From Acidimicrobiia bacterium (GTDB lineage: Bacteria; Actinomycetota; Acidimicrobiia; Spongiisociales; Spongiisociaceae), in assembly GCA_041576165.1 (NCBI GenBank), contig JBFGLM010000019.1, forward strand, positions 18,715-82,714: DNA of 64,000 nucleotides. The letters run 5' to 3'. Both the position numbers and the translations under genes were made by a program. Positions within the stretch are counted from its first letter, which is position 1, and each line of letters opens with the position of its first letter. A model generated the notes under the pieces. It was not told the DNA's origin, searched no databases, and worked only from the letters and a program-made list of their open reading frames with translations. This document shows, piece by piece, positions 39,053-49,550 of this stretch.

Positions 39053-40049
39053 TGCGGTCGCCCATGAGCTTCGACTCGATACAGGTGAGCGCCTTGGCCA
39101 GCCGGACATCGTACAGCGCCATGTTCCGCATCGGGCGTTCGACCCAGGGATAATCGAGCTTCGGAAGCTCCCATTCGATTGCAGAGATGAGCCTGAGGGT
39201 CAGGCTGAGGGACTTCCAGCGCTCGATCGTCGCGATGGGAGACGCCAGACTGGTGGTGCGGACGGCGCGGTGGTACGTAGCGGTGTCCATGCCCCACAGA
39301 TCGATGGCTGCCGGGCCCCAATGCGCCTCTCCCCAGTCGAACACAAGCACCTCCAATTTGCCGTCGCGGACCGCCAGGCCCATGTTGTTGCCTTTGAAAT
39401 CCCCGTGCACGAGCACGACGGGTATGGCCGAGTATGCCTCGGCGATCGGCAGCCACCCGCTCCGCAAGTCGTCCAGCTGAGTTGTCAATCGCTCAAGGAT
39501 CAGTCTGTGGTCCTTCGTGAGTGCCGGGTTCGTCATGCGCCGTGCAATGCCACGCAATGCCTGATCCAGACGGGACTCATAGAAGCCCGGATGGCGCGTC
39601 GGCAGGTGCGCTGCTACCGAGCTGCCCTCAGTCTCGGTTTGTAGGGTGGCGAGCCACTTCGTGGCCAGTTCGACGTGTCTGGGGTTACGTTTGTCAAAGC
39701 CGGGTCCGGGCAGCGCTTCCAGGAAGAGCCACGCTTTGGCGCCGCCTTCGCACGGCAAAGACCCGAGGAAACGTGGCCCGCCGACCGCCAGCTCCGGGAG
39801 GACGTCGCAGTAGATGGTCCGCTCGACGGCGGCCGCCTCAGCATCTGCCTCCTTGGCGATCACTTCCATTCCGCCGGGTCCGACTGAACCGAGGTTGTAG
39901 ACGGCTGACTTGCCCTGCTCGCGAGGAGCCTTGAGTACAACAACCTGAACGGGGCGGGGGCGGTGCGGCGCAAGGGCGGTCCACGCTCGGGCGGCCGGAT
40001 GATCGGACGGCTCACGTCGGTCGACAACACCGGCAATCCCGCTGGACAT
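39045..40049 (-). CDS. APH/choline-kinase-like phosphotransferase
   Basis: VIAK, VHGDFKGNN, FDWGEA. Confidence 0.78.
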   Translation of the reverse strand: MSSGIAGVVDRREPSDHPAARAWTALAPHRPRPVQVVVLKAPREQGKSAVYNLGSVGPGGMEVIAKEADAEAAAVERTIYCDVLPELAVGGPRFLGSLPCEGGAKAWLFLEALPGPGFDKRNPRHVELATKWLATLQTETEGSSVAAHLPTRHPGFYESRLDQALRGIARRMTNPALTKDHRLILERLTTQLDDLRSGWLPIAEAYSAIPVVLVHGDFKGNNMGLAVRDGKLEVLVFDWGEAHWGPAAIDLWGMDTATYHRAVRTTSLASPIATIERWKSLSLTLRLISAIEWELPKLDYPWVERPMRNMALYDVRLAKALTCIESKLMGDRNG

Positions 40050-40052
40050 GGC

Positions 40053-41954
40053 TCAGTCGCTCCGCTCGGCGCCTGGACCATTCTCGGCCAGAGCACGCAG
40101 GCGCAGGATCACGTCGCAGCTCTGGAGGGTCGAGAGACGATGAGCGATCATGAACGTGGTGCGCTGATCCATCAACGCTGCCAGAGCGTCCATGATCTCG
40201 GCCTCCGTGTCGAGATCTACGGAGCTCGTCGGCTCGTCCAGGATGAGAATCGGTGCGTCTTTCAGAAAGGCCCGGGCCAGGGAGATTCGCTGCCGCTCGC
40301 CGCCGGAGAGATGCATGCCGCGCTCCCCAACCAGCGTGTCGTAGCCCTCGGGCAGGGCCGCAATGAATCCGGCGGCCCCGGCCGCCTGCGCCGCATCCAC
40401 AATCTCGGCCATGGAGGCGCCGGGTCTGGCGTAGGCGATGTTCTCCCGGATCGACGTCGAGAAAAGCAGAGGCTCCTGGGGCATGATCGCGAACTGCGCG
40501 CGCAAGTCCTTGAGCCTGTAATCGCGGATGTCGGTCCCGTCCAGTTGGATGCTCCCGGAGTCCACGTCGTAGAAACGGGTCAGCAGCCCTACCAGCGTGG
40601 TCTTGCCGGTCCCGGTCTGCCCGGCAATGCCGAGTTTCGTGCCCGGCTCCACTTCGAACGACAGGCCTGACAGCACCGGCTGTTCCGGCTGGTATGAAAA
40701 CGAGACGTTGACGAGTTGAATATTCCCGTGAGCCCGATCGAGCGGCTGGGCGTTGGGCCGCTCCAACACCTCGGGCAGCTCGTCAATCAGATCGAAGACG
40801 CGGCCGGCGCTCGTCAGCTGGTTCTGCAAGCTGGCAACCTTGCGGCTGATGGTCTTGAGGGGGGTGTAGAGCTGGCCGACGTAGGCGAGAACCAGCAGCA
40901 ACGCCCCGAGGGTGAGTACGCCCGCCTGCACATTGCGGACCCCGACGTAGAGCACGAGCGCCGTGCCGATGGCGGCGATGACGCTGATGAGCACTCCAAA
41001 TGCGCCCTCGGCGACAGCGAGTTGGATGCGGGCCTGGGCGCTCTCCCAGGATCTCGTCTCGTATCGACGATTCTCCCGATCCTCGGTCCCGAACGACTTG
41101 ACCACCCGGAACGACGTGAGAACTTCCTGGACCACCGCAAGCGCCGAGCTCTCCAGGCGTTTGACCTCCCTGTAGCGCGGGCGCATTCGCTGCTGATAGC
41201 CGCGCGCCAGCAGGTACAGCGCGGGTGAGATGGCGAGCGCCACAACCGCGAGTTGCCAATCGATTGTGACCACCACGTAGACCATGGCGACCAGCGTGAA
41301 TGCGGATGTGATGAATGGGATCATCGTCATCACCGCAAGGTTCGAGATTGCCGGTGCGTCGTACTGGATCCGGTAGATCGAATCGGCGGTCCCGCGTTCA
41401 TCGTGAAACGCGAACGACATGCGCTGCGCGTGCTGAAGTAATCGGGCCCTGAATTCGAGTGATAGGCGCTCCACGATCGATGTCGTCCAGACGGTCGAGG
41501 TCGCTGACTGCAGCTGGATGAGCAGCACAATCAACACCTGGAGCACTGCGGCCAGCCATAGGAGCCTTGAGGTCGAAGCCTGAAACCACTCTGGTATGAG
41601 GGCGTCCGAGAGGCCGGACAGCGGTTGCAATCCGAGCACGTTGTCGACGGCCATCTTCAGTGGAACAGGCCCCAGCAGGGCGAGTGGAGCTGCCAGCAGA
41701 CTGAGTGCAAACAGCGCAATGATGCGCCGCCGGTAGGTGCGAGCTTCTCCGAGCGCGCGGCGAAGTAATCCGAGATCGCTGCGTGCTGGAGGTCGAGCGG
41801 TCGGGCGGTGCTGACCTTGCGCCGTTGGCCTTTTGGTCTGCGGTTCCCTGCGCGATTGCCGTGCGGTCTCGGGATCGTCATGGTGGTCTTCGGTGGGCTC
41901 GGCGCCGGACCTCACCGGCTGCGTGGACGGGAGGAAAGTGCGTTTCGTGATCAC
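40053..41954 (-). CDS. ABC exporter, fused permease + ATPase (type IV/MsbA-like)
   Basis: Six-TM domain; Walker A GQTGTGKTT, LSGGERQR, ILILDEPTS, IAHRLST; start inferred from overlap with the upstream stop. Confidence 0.9.
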   Translation of the reverse strand: MITKRTFLPSTQPVRSGAEPTEDHHDDPETARQSRREPQTKRPTAQGQHRPTARPPARSDLGLLRRALGEARTYRRRIIALFALSLLAAPLALLGPVPLKMAVDNVLGLQPLSGLSDALIPEWFQASTSRLLWLAAVLQVLIVLLIQLQSATSTVWTTSIVERLSLEFRARLLQHAQRMSFAFHDERGTADSIYRIQYDAPAISNLAVMTMIPFITSAFTLVAMVYVVVTIDWQLAVVALAISPALYLLARGYQQRMRPRYREVKRLESSALAVVQEVLTSFRVVKSFGTEDRENRRYETRSWESAQARIQLAVAEGAFGVLISVIAAIGTALVLYVGVRNVQAGVLTLGALLLVLAYVGQLYTPLKTISRKVASLQNQLTSAGRVFDLIDELPEVLERPNAQPLDRAHGNIQLVNVSFSYQPEQPVLSGLSFEVEPGTKLGIAGQTGTGKTTLVGLLTRFYDVDSGSIQLDGTDIRDYRLKDLRAQFAIMPQEPLLFSTSIRENIAYARPGASMAEIVDAAQAAGAAGFIAALPEGYDTLVGERGMHLSGGERQRISLARAFLKDAPILILDEPTSSVDLDTEAEIMDALAALMDQRTTFMIAHRLSTLQSCDVILRLRALAENGPGAERSD

Positions 41955-44350
41955 ATCCGCAGTCCTGCAGTTGTGAAAGCAAACGCTCGCTTGATGCGCC
42001 GCCCCAGCGCGACCCTGGCCGCGACGATCCAAATTCCCGTCATGCCGGCCATCGCCCATCCCCAATCGTGGCCGATCGCTCCCACACTTGTTCCGGTGAC
42101 CAATGAAGCTAGGGCGAACCAGCGCAGCCAGTACGAGACCCGCAGGCGCGGCTCCCACTGCCATACGACGGCCGTAGTGAGTCGCGCAGACACGACCGGG
42201 CCGCGACGAACCGCCAGATCCCACGAGGCGCCCGGCGGCCCTGGTCGAACCGAGCAACCGGAACGCTCGAGCGCTACGCGGAAGTCGTCGATCCATCTCA
42301 GCCGGTCGCCAACCCATGCCGGCACCGCTGGGGTAGTCGTGGCCTCGAGTGTTGGGCCCCACAGCCGTCCCCACGCTCGCGCCAGCGGCTGCATCACGTG
42401 GAGAAGGCCAACCAGTGCGCGCAGCCGGACCCGGTGCGGCTCACTCTCCGGGAGTTCGGTGGACAGGGCGATGGCCAACCCGAATGCACCCACCAGCCCG
42501 ATCAGCGCCAGCGGCAGAATCAGCCACAGCGCCGACATCGCAGCCATGGCCAAACCCAGCACCATGGCCGGCACGACCAGCGGCATGAGTGCGGTCATCC
42601 ATGCCGATATGGCCTGCGACCGTCTACGGGCGATGGGCTGGAACGGCGCCGATCCCATCCATCCCGTGTACACGACCGGCCGCACCAGATATGGCAACAG
42701 GCGGCTGCTCCGGTACAGCACTCCGGACCATCGAGCTTGACCTAACCCGTTGAACCGATGCGGGTGGACGGATGCAAGCATCCGCTCTGCTCGTCCGTAG
42801 CCGAGCTGTTGTTTCAGGTAACCCGCGATCGTGTCACGACGGTGATGACGCACCTGGGCAGCCGGAGCGAAGCCAATCTGGTGACCCCGATCGAGGAGCT
42901 TCCAGCAGACATCCACATCGTCACCGGCGGATGTGAAAGCCGGGTTGAATCCTCCGACCTCGCGCAGGGCCTTCGCCTCGAAGGCCATGTTGCAGCCGGG
43001 AACGTGCTCCGCGCGATCCGCTGTGATCAGAACCTCTGCTGCGGTGCCCGGCGACAAACCAACCGCTCGTTCCACGAATCCGGCATTTTCGAATGGCAGA
43101 TTGGGACCACCGGTTGCCGCCACCTCGGGATCCTCGAGCGTCAGAACCAGGTGATACGGCCAGTCGGGATGGCAGGCAGCGTCGGCGTCGAGGTACGCGA
43201 CGATCTGACCGCTGGCGGCCTCGAGGCCGGCGTTGCGTGCTGCGGACAGGCCCATCGGCGGGAGCTCGAGGATCCGGAAAGGGAACTGCTTGGCTATCTC
43301 GAGGGTTCGGTCTTGGGAGCCATCGTCGCACACGATGACTTCGAGTTCCGGGTACGTGGTACGGGTGAGGGAGGTGAGGCACGCACCGATGTATTCCTCT
43401 TCGTCCCGAGCGCAGACGATGACTGAGACCGGCGGCCACTCCTGTCGGAGACCGGCGGGAACTTCGGCGCTTCCCCACGCCTGCACGACGTTCAAAGCTG
43501 GTTTGGGCCTGCGATTGGCATCTGTGATACCGAAACCCCAACCTTCGACCGCCTGGTCGTTGACCGCCCAGTCATCCGTCCAAGCGAAGATCGTTCCGCC
43601 GGCGCTGCCGGTCTCATCGAGGATCATGACTTGGTGTTCCAGCGACTCGGCTTGCGCGACGTAGCCGTGGATTTCGCTGGCTAGTCCAAACTCTGTGACG
43701 AGGAGCGGCCTGCCTCCGGCCACGACCTGCAGGTGCTGCATGTACCGGCGCAGCGCGGCCGGCCGTTCGAGGAACACGTTGAACGCAACGAAATCCTGTC
43801 CGGCCGGTTCCAAATACTCGGTCGTCGGATAGTTGACGTAGGTCGCCAGCATCTCCGGGTCAGCGTCGCGGATCTCGGCGATCAGAGCGGAGAGCGTGTG
43901 CTCGACTGCGCCTGCTCCATGCAGTCGGACGAGGTCGACCGGGATCTCATTGGCCACGGCTATCCCGAGAACGGTGCTGTTGCCGGCCGCAACGTTCATG
44001 GCTTCGTCGACAGCTCTCCGACCGGCATCGAGGATCCGACGCCGCGCCCGCCGCCCGTGATGCGGCTCTGTGCGCCAGTCGTGGTAGTCGAGACCGATCA
44101 GCAATCGGAGTTCTAATTCACCGGCTATTTCGATCATGTCCGGCGGAGGGACGAGATAGGTCCGCACCGTATTGAGACCGACGTCGGCGATGGTCAGCAG
44201 GTCCTCTTTGATTTGGGCCCGGTCGGGAAACTTCCAGCCGTCGACTCGTGTCGCGAAGCTGCCGTAGGTGACACCGCGCGTGCGAAACGGCTCACCGTTT
44301 GCCCGGAAGAAAGCACCGTCGACCGCAATGCGGTCGTTCGCCAAACCCAT
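41951..44350 (-). CDS. Fusion of clan GH-A TIM-barrel glycoside hydrolase domain, GT2 glycosyltransferase and membrane domain
   Basis: RGVTYG, NTVRTY, ANEIP, TEFG; then CDDGSQD, YLDADA, GDDVD, QQLGYG; C-terminal TM helices. Confidence 0.82.
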   Translation of the reverse strand: MGLANDRIAVDGAFFRANGEPFRTRGVTYGSFATRVDGWKFPDRAQIKEDLLTIADVGLNTVRTYLVPPPDMIEIAGELELRLLIGLDYHDWRTEPHHGRRARRRILDAGRRAVDEAMNVAAGNSTVLGIAVANEIPVDLVRLHGAGAVEHTLSALIAEIRDADPEMLATYVNYPTTEYLEPAGQDFVAFNVFLERPAALRRYMQHLQVVAGGRPLLVTEFGLASEIHGYVAQAESLEHQVMILDETGSAGGTIFAWTDDWAVNDQAVEGWGFGITDANRRPKPALNVVQAWGSAEVPAGLRQEWPPVSVIVCARDEEEYIGACLTSLTRTTYPELEVIVCDDGSQDRTLEIAKQFPFRILELPPMGLSAARNAGLEAASGQIVAYLDADAACHPDWPYHLVLTLEDPEVAATGGPNLPFENAGFVERAVGLSPGTAAEVLITADRAEHVPGCNMAFEAKALREVGGFNPAFTSAGDDVDVCWKLLDRGHQIGFAPAAQVRHHRRDTIAGYLKQQLGYGRAERMLASVHPHRFNGLGQARWSGVLYRSSRLLPYLVRPVVYTGWMGSAPFQPIARRRSQAISAWMTALMPLVVPAMVLGLAMAAMSALWLILPLALIGLVGAFGLAIALSTELPESEPHRVRLRALVGLLHVMQPLARAWGRLWGPTLEATTTPAVPAWVGDRLRWIDDFRVALERSGCSVRPGPPGASWDLAVRRGPVVSARLTTAVVWQWEPRLRVSYWLRWFALASLVTGTSVGAIGHDWGWAMAGMTGIWIVAARVALGRRIKRAFAFTTAGLRM

Positions 44351-44675
44351 GGGTACCCTTCCCCGGCTGGAGCTGTGTCGAGAACAGCTCCGCGCCACTC
44401 AGAGACAATAGTCCTAATTCGGTCACTCTGCCCGCTGGATCGGCGCTCGAGGTCAGCGGCTGAGGCCCTTTTTGATTGATCGGTTGCTGGTACGAGACGG
44501 CGGCCCAAATATTGTCCGCGGTCCGGGCGGTCGGAGTGCGCTGCCAGCTGCTGGGCATCGAGCTGACTCATGATCCAGTCACCGGTTTGGCGGCCACCCG
44601 GTTTGATCGCCATGCCGGAGGCGTGAGTTCAGACTGTTCGTTCAATCGGCTCCTCGGCACCGGATTCCGGCGACG

Positions 44676-44890
44676 ATCGAGGGCTTTCGGGCGTGGTTCA
44701 ACGAGTTCCCCTCGAACTTCCCAGATGCGGTGTGGTCGATAGACGACTGCCTACGGCGACCGGGTGGCGCGCCAACAGACGTTCACCGCCACCCACGCCC
44801 CCACCGGCAGGAGGGTGAAGGCCGGCGCGGTGGGCATCGCCCGGCTCGAGACGGGAAGGTCGTCGAATATTGGGGCGTGTTCGACGAAAG
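44676..44890 (+). pseudogene. SnoaL-like ester cyclase remnant
   Basis: Fragments across frame changes: IEGFRAWFNEFPSNFPDAVWSIDD / GDRVARQQTFTATHAPTGRRV / DGKVVEYWGVFD. Confidence 0.55.
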
Positions 44891-45104
44891 GCCCTGGAGC
44901 ACCAGCTTGCCGACAGCGAGCCCGCGGCGGTCTGAGGGCGGGCGGCTACGACGGCCCTTCGGATGGCTTCCAGAACATCCGGGCTGGGGGACGGAGCTTG
45001 GGTGAGAACTCCCCGTCGACCGGCCCGCCGAGCGCGGTTGAGATCCGCAACCAGCGTGGCGGCGCGGCACAGTGCAGCGGGGCGCCGGACTGATACTGAG
45101 CGCG

Positions 45105-45134
45105 GAGGAGCCCCGGCGACGACCGGGGCTCCTC
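45105..45134. terminator. 12-bp GC-rich hairpin downstream of the CHRD gene
   Basis: GAGGAGCCCCGG-CGACGA-CCGGGGCTCCTC, 14 nt beyond the CHRD stop. Confidence 0.65.
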
Positions 45135-45148
45135 TCTGTCCAGCTTTG

Positions 45149-45613
45149 CTACTTGATCTGACCGCGGGTTTCCCCGGGCGGGTTGGCCGGCGTGTGCACG
45201 TTCACGTAGAGCAGCCCAGCGTTGGCGTCTGCGATGAACGCAGGGTACGCGGCCATCGGGAACGAACCCGAGAACACCGTGGTCTTGTTGTTCACCTTGA
45301 CGTTCGGCGCCGGGAACAGCGGCACGACGACCGGCCCGGCCGCTCCGACGGGCGCCTTGTGGATATGCGCCGCCACAACCGGTGCCACGGCCCCATTGAC
45401 CACTACCTTGTAGGAAACCGTGGTCCCGTCCTTCGACACGACGAAGTGAGCCGTCCCGTGCGCCGACGTCGGCGTGATAGGTGCCGGTACCTCGTTGGCG
45501 CTCTTGAGCTGCGCCGTGAAGCTGTTGTTCGCCGCTCCCGTGGAAACTGCCGCCGGCGCTGTTGCCAGCATCGCCATCGCCGCCACCACCGCGACCACCG
45601 TGAGTCGTCTCAT
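45149..45613 (-). CDS. Secreted CHRD-domain protein
   Basis: Signal peptide; ANEVP, AAHIH, GPVV, YVNVHT...PGETRGQI. Confidence 0.9.
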   Translation of the reverse strand: MRRLTVVAVVAAMAMLATAPAAVSTGAANNSFTAQLKSANEVPAPITPTSAHGTAHFVVSKDGTTVSYKVVVNGAVAPVVAAHIHKAPVGAAGPVVVPLFPAPNVKVNNKTTVFSGSFPMAAYPAFIADANAGLLYVNVHTPANPPGETRGQIK

Positions 45614-46036
45614 CGCCTTCCCTCCTTGGCGTATCTATCCAAGACTACGGAGCGTGACTGTATTTAGTTCGACCAAGTCGCGATTCGTTCTCGTCCCATT
45701 CGTGCGGCCACCGTTGTCCCCCAGGTGGGTTCGGTTGAGCCATACCTGCCGCAGCCGGCTCACCGCCAGCACGGCCCAACGGTGTTGGTCCGGAGCGAGA
45801 GGTACCGGTCCGCTACATGCATCACTGTTTCGGAGGGGAAACCCGGGGACGGTCCGCCACCGGGCGGCTGGGTGACGTCCGACCCTAGTGGGTGCCCTTT
45901 CCAACCACGATCGTGGCCAGAAGTACGACTTCAGGGACAGGGGCGAGGGTTTCACACCACCACCGGCTTGCTGTCGCGCGCCGGGAAGTGTCGCTTCCCG
46001 CCCACCCGAGGCAGCGATGTGATGGGAGGTCCGGCA

Positions 46037-48079
46037 ATGGTCAATCGCCGTCAGTTCTTGCAGGGAGCGGCTGCGACAGGGGCGGTGTTGTACTTCGATC
46101 TGCTGGGGGGCATCGGGCGTGCGTTCGCGGCGCCGGCCACGCCGGGCCTGAGCGACCCGGCGGTCCAGCCGAAGTTCGCAAATCTGGTGCCCAACGCGCT
46201 CAATCCGAGCTTCGTGTTCCAATCGCCCAACAACAAATACAAGATTGCCATGCAGGAGATGACCCAGTTCACGGGGCTGCTGCATCCGGTCAGCGGCAAT
46301 GCGCTGGACACCGAGGTGTGGGGCTACGGCAAGAACGGCCCGGGCGGCACCTGGCCGGGGATGACGTTTGTGCAGCGCTCGGGAGAGCCAGTCGAAGTCA
46401 AATGGGAGAACAAGCTTCCTCGCCGGCACCTGTTGCCTGTCGATACTTCCTTGCACTGGGCGTATTCGCTCTCCGGGTACGAGCAGTTCTCCATCGAGGC
46501 TGATGGTCCCCCGGCCGTTGCCCATCTGCATGGTGGCCACTCGGACAGCATCTACGACGGCAACCCCGAGTTCTTCTTCTCGTCCGGTTATAAGGTGCGC
46601 GGGCCCCAGTGGGTGGAGAAGAAGTACGTCTACCAGAACGACCAGCCCGCCGGAACCCTGTGGTATCACGACCACGCGCTGGGCATCACCCGGTTGAATG
46701 TCTACGCCGGTCTGGCCGGTTTCTACATCCTGCGCGACGATGACGACACCGGCCTCCCGGGCAACCCGCTCGACCTGCCGGCCTATCCGTATGAGGCCGC
46801 GCTGGCGATCCAGGACCGCATGTTCACAGCGGACGGCGAACTATTCTATCCGGCCTTCCCGGGCGATCCGTTCTACGACGACTTCATCACCGGCGAAGGC
46901 GCCATGCTCCCGCCGGATATCTTCCCTGGCGGCGGTCCGACCGCCCTGGCGGAGTTCTTCGGTGACCACATGCTGGTCAACGGCAAGATCTGGCCGAAGA
47001 TGGAAGTCGAGCCTCGTAACTACCGGCTGCGGCTCCTCAACGGGTGTGACAGCCGGTTCCTGGCCCTCCAGTTCTTCGAGGTGCCGGCCGGAGCGACGGA
47101 CTCGTCCTCTGCAACGGGCCCGCTTCCTTTCACAGTGGTCGGGAGTGACCAGGGGCTGGCCTCCAGCCCCACCACGGTCGAAACGCTATTGTCGGAGACC
47201 GGCTCCCGCTACGACATCATCTTCGACTTCAAGAATGTCGCCGCGGGAAACCGCGTGATCGTGAGGAATATCGGCGGCGACGAGCCGTTCGGCGGCGATA
47301 TCCCTGGTCCGCAGCTATTTGGCGAGACCGACCGGATCATGGCCTTCGATGTGGCGGTGCCGCTCGATACGGCCGTGCCCGATCTGACACCGGCGGGGAT
47401 CGGTTTCGGCCCGGTCATAGGCACGCCGACTCGGCTGCGCAAGGTGGCGCTGTTCGAGGGTATGGACGAGTTCGGCCGGTTGCAGCCGCTGCTCGGCACC
47501 GCCGAGCCGGCCACCGATTACCTGGGCAATCCGATCAACTGGCCAAACGCTCCGGCGTACGCCACTGCCGGCCTGGTGGGGCAGATGGAAGGGTCGATCG
47601 CCTGGCACAGCCCGACCACCGAGAACCCGGCCTTGGACGCTACCGAGGAGTGGGAGATCTGGAACGTGACCGGCGACGCTCACCCGGTGCACCTGCACCT
47701 GGTGAACTTCGAGATCCTGGGTCGCCGAGAGATCGTCTGGGACTCGCACACGACCGAGGACGACCGGGTCATCCCTAACGACATGTATGCCAGCCCGGCT
47801 GGCGACGGCGGCTACCTCGTCAACCAGCCGGTGGTGCAGCACAACGGCATGCTCGGCACCGGCTTCCGGCTCGTGAACCTGACCTATGGCCCGGTCGTGC
47901 CGCAACCGGCCGGGTACGTGGAAAACGCCCCCAAGGACATGGTGACGGCGCTGCCGGGCCAGATCACCCGGATCAAGGCAACCTTCGACAAGCCGGGACG
48001 TTACGTGTGGCACTGCCACATCCTGTCCCACGAAGACCACGAGATGATGCGAGTCATGCACGTCGGGCCCGGCGCCTGA
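46037..48079 (+). CDS. Tat-exported multicopper oxidase (CotA/bilirubin oxidase-like)
   Basis: NRRQFL Tat motif; HLHG, WYHDH, HPVHLH, WHCHILSHEDHEMM copper motifs; GGAGG RBS. Confidence 0.93.
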   Translation: MVNRRQFLQGAAATGAVLYFDLLGGIGRAFAAPATPGLSDPAVQPKFANLVPNALNPSFVFQSPNNKYKIAMQEMTQFTGLLHPVSGNALDTEVWGYGKNGPGGTWPGMTFVQRSGEPVEVKWENKLPRRHLLPVDTSLHWAYSLSGYEQFSIEADGPPAVAHLHGGHSDSIYDGNPEFFFSSGYKVRGPQWVEKKYVYQNDQPAGTLWYHDHALGITRLNVYAGLAGFYILRDDDDTGLPGNPLDLPAYPYEAALAIQDRMFTADGELFYPAFPGDPFYDDFITGEGAMLPPDIFPGGGPTALAEFFGDHMLVNGKIWPKMEVEPRNYRLRLLNGCDSRFLALQFFEVPAGATDSSSATGPLPFTVVGSDQGLASSPTTVETLLSETGSRYDIIFDFKNVAAGNRVIVRNIGGDEPFGGDIPGPQLFGETDRIMAFDVAVPLDTAVPDLTPAGIGFGPVIGTPTRLRKVALFEGMDEFGRLQPLLGTAEPATDYLGNPINWPNAPAYATAGLVGQMEGSIAWHSPTTENPALDATEEWEIWNVTGDAHPVHLHLVNFEILGRREIVWDSHTTEDDRVIPNDMYASPAGDGGYLVNQPVVQHNGMLGTGFRLVNLTYGPVVPQPAGYVENAPKDMVTALPGQITRIKATFDKPGRYVWHCHILSHEDHEMMRVMHVGPGA

Positions 48080-48111
48080 TCCGATGCCTGATGATGGGCC
48101 GGTGTAGTCGA

Positions 48112-48142
48112 AGCCCGTGGCATCACGCGGATGCCACGGGCT
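48112..48142. terminator. 13-bp hairpin between convergent genes
   Basis: AGCCCGTGGCATC-ACGCG-GATGCCACGGGCT. Confidence 0.6.
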
Positions 48143-48321
48143 CTGGCTCGGGTGTGGTGTCCGCCCCGTTCGGGTCGGCCGGCATACGGTCGAGGTAGCC
48201 GGCGCACATCGCACGCAAGGTCTGATCCATGGTCGAGCCGGCGCGTCATTTGCATGCACAGCGCCGCAAGCGAGCTCGGAGTCAGATGGCTCCGAGGATC
48301 GGGCGGTGACCTCTTTCGGGA

Positions 48322-49341
48322 CTAGCCGCCGCCCGACGGCACAAGCTCGCGGACGTCGCCGGCCGCATCGGATTGAGGCGCAGGTTCCGGTCGGTCGTCG
48401 AGTTCCGCCGCGCGATCCGTTGGGAGCAATGGCCGGCGGCGACGGTGCAAGACAGCCCAGGACACGGCCCCAAGCAGCAGTCCCGCTGCGATTACGACCA
48501 CCAGGCTCGCCGTTCCGAGCACATTCTGCGGATTCGCTGGCGGCTCGCTCGCCGGCGGCGGGGCGGGCGCGCCCGTGCCGGCGGGCGTAGTCGTGGCAAC
48601 CAGCGTTGATGCGGCAGTGGCTGGGGAATCGTCGGCTGCCTCGGGCGGGGTCTGCGGGACCGAACGTGGTGTGTTGGCCGAAGAATTGTCCGCCGCCTCG
48701 GGCAGGGTCTGCGGGACCGGGGTTGGCGCAGCGGTGGCCACAGTTGTGCTGCTCGGGTTCACCGGCTCATCCGGGTTGAGCATGAATTCTGCGGCGCCAG
48801 CCGGGAGGCGGCCCTGTCGGAGGTCCGCCACCACCACCTCGAATCCGGGACCGGCGATCACGGCGTCGTCGGGTAGCTCGGCAATCCGCGGCTCATCGAG
48901 CGGCCACTCGACGTACAGTGGAGAAGCCGGTTGGATACCCACCGCCAGACTGATCCCAATGAGGTCGCCCAACCATCGACCGTCGGGGTCTTGCACGATG
49001 ACTTCGTAGTGACCGGGTTCCAGGCCTTTCGGAAGGTCGAACTCGAGCGACACCCTGGTCGAGAGGTAACCGCGCAGGACGGTTCTCTCGGTACGCACCG
49101 GTCCCAGCTCCAGCCAGATGGGGTCGGGCTGCCGGGTGGCGGGACCGATCGGAATGAGGTTGAGTCGTGCGATGTACGGGCCATCGTCGGGCGCCACCGT
49201 GGCGCCGACATATCCGACGGCGTGCACATGATCTCCCGGTTCATACGACGGTTTCGTGCCGTTCATCCACGCACCGCCGGCCCAGGCAGGAGACGCCATG
49301 GCCGCCACCAGCAGCAACACTGCGATGAGCGTCCGCCGCAT
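48322..49341 (-). CDS. Secreted, C-terminally anchored hypothetical protein with P/T/A-rich linker
   Basis: Signal peptide ending AWA, duplicated VPQTxPEAADxS linker, TM segment followed by RRRR. Confidence 0.65.
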   Translation of the reverse strand: MRRTLIAVLLLVAAMASPAWAGGAWMNGTKPSYEPGDHVHAVGYVGATVAPDDGPYIARLNLIPIGPATRQPDPIWLELGPVRTERTVLRGYLSTRVSLEFDLPKGLEPGHYEVIVQDPDGRWLGDLIGISLAVGIQPASPLYVEWPLDEPRIAELPDDAVIAGPGFEVVVADLRQGRLPAGAAEFMLNPDEPVNPSSTTVATAAPTPVPQTLPEAADNSSANTPRSVPQTPPEAADDSPATAASTLVATTTPAGTGAPAPPPASEPPANPQNVLGTASLVVVIAAGLLLGAVSWAVLHRRRRPLLPTDRAAELDDRPEPAPQSDAAGDVRELVPSGGG

Positions 49342-49550
49342 GTCAGCTCCTCTACGTATCCGATAGCTTCACCGATCAAGACGTCAGGGCACACGCGCCC
49401 GTTCACGGATCGAGATCCCTTTTCCATGATGGCGGCACGCCGGAGGCATGGTCCGTTGGCGCCGCCGACCAGGGTGTGGCCAGATATGGCCGGGTTTGAA
49501 GTCGGGTCAGCCACAGCCCAGCATCCGGCTTTGTCAGTCAGAATGACTGG

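Noticed and set aside
38087-40049. APH-like genes as aminoglycoside resistance determinants
   Set aside because: Only the generic kinase motifs are present, and the operon context points to glycan biosynthesis.
45620-46030. Possible riboswitch or ncRNA upstream of the multicopper oxidase; also the 62280-62720 intergenic region
   Set aside because: GC-rich pairing potential, but I could not match a known riboswitch consensus by eye; an Rfam/Infernal scan would be needed.
48610-48725. Near-duplicated ~60-bp sequence
   Set aside because: Two copies of a coding linker repeat (VPQTxPEAADxS); not a CRISPR or mobile repeat.
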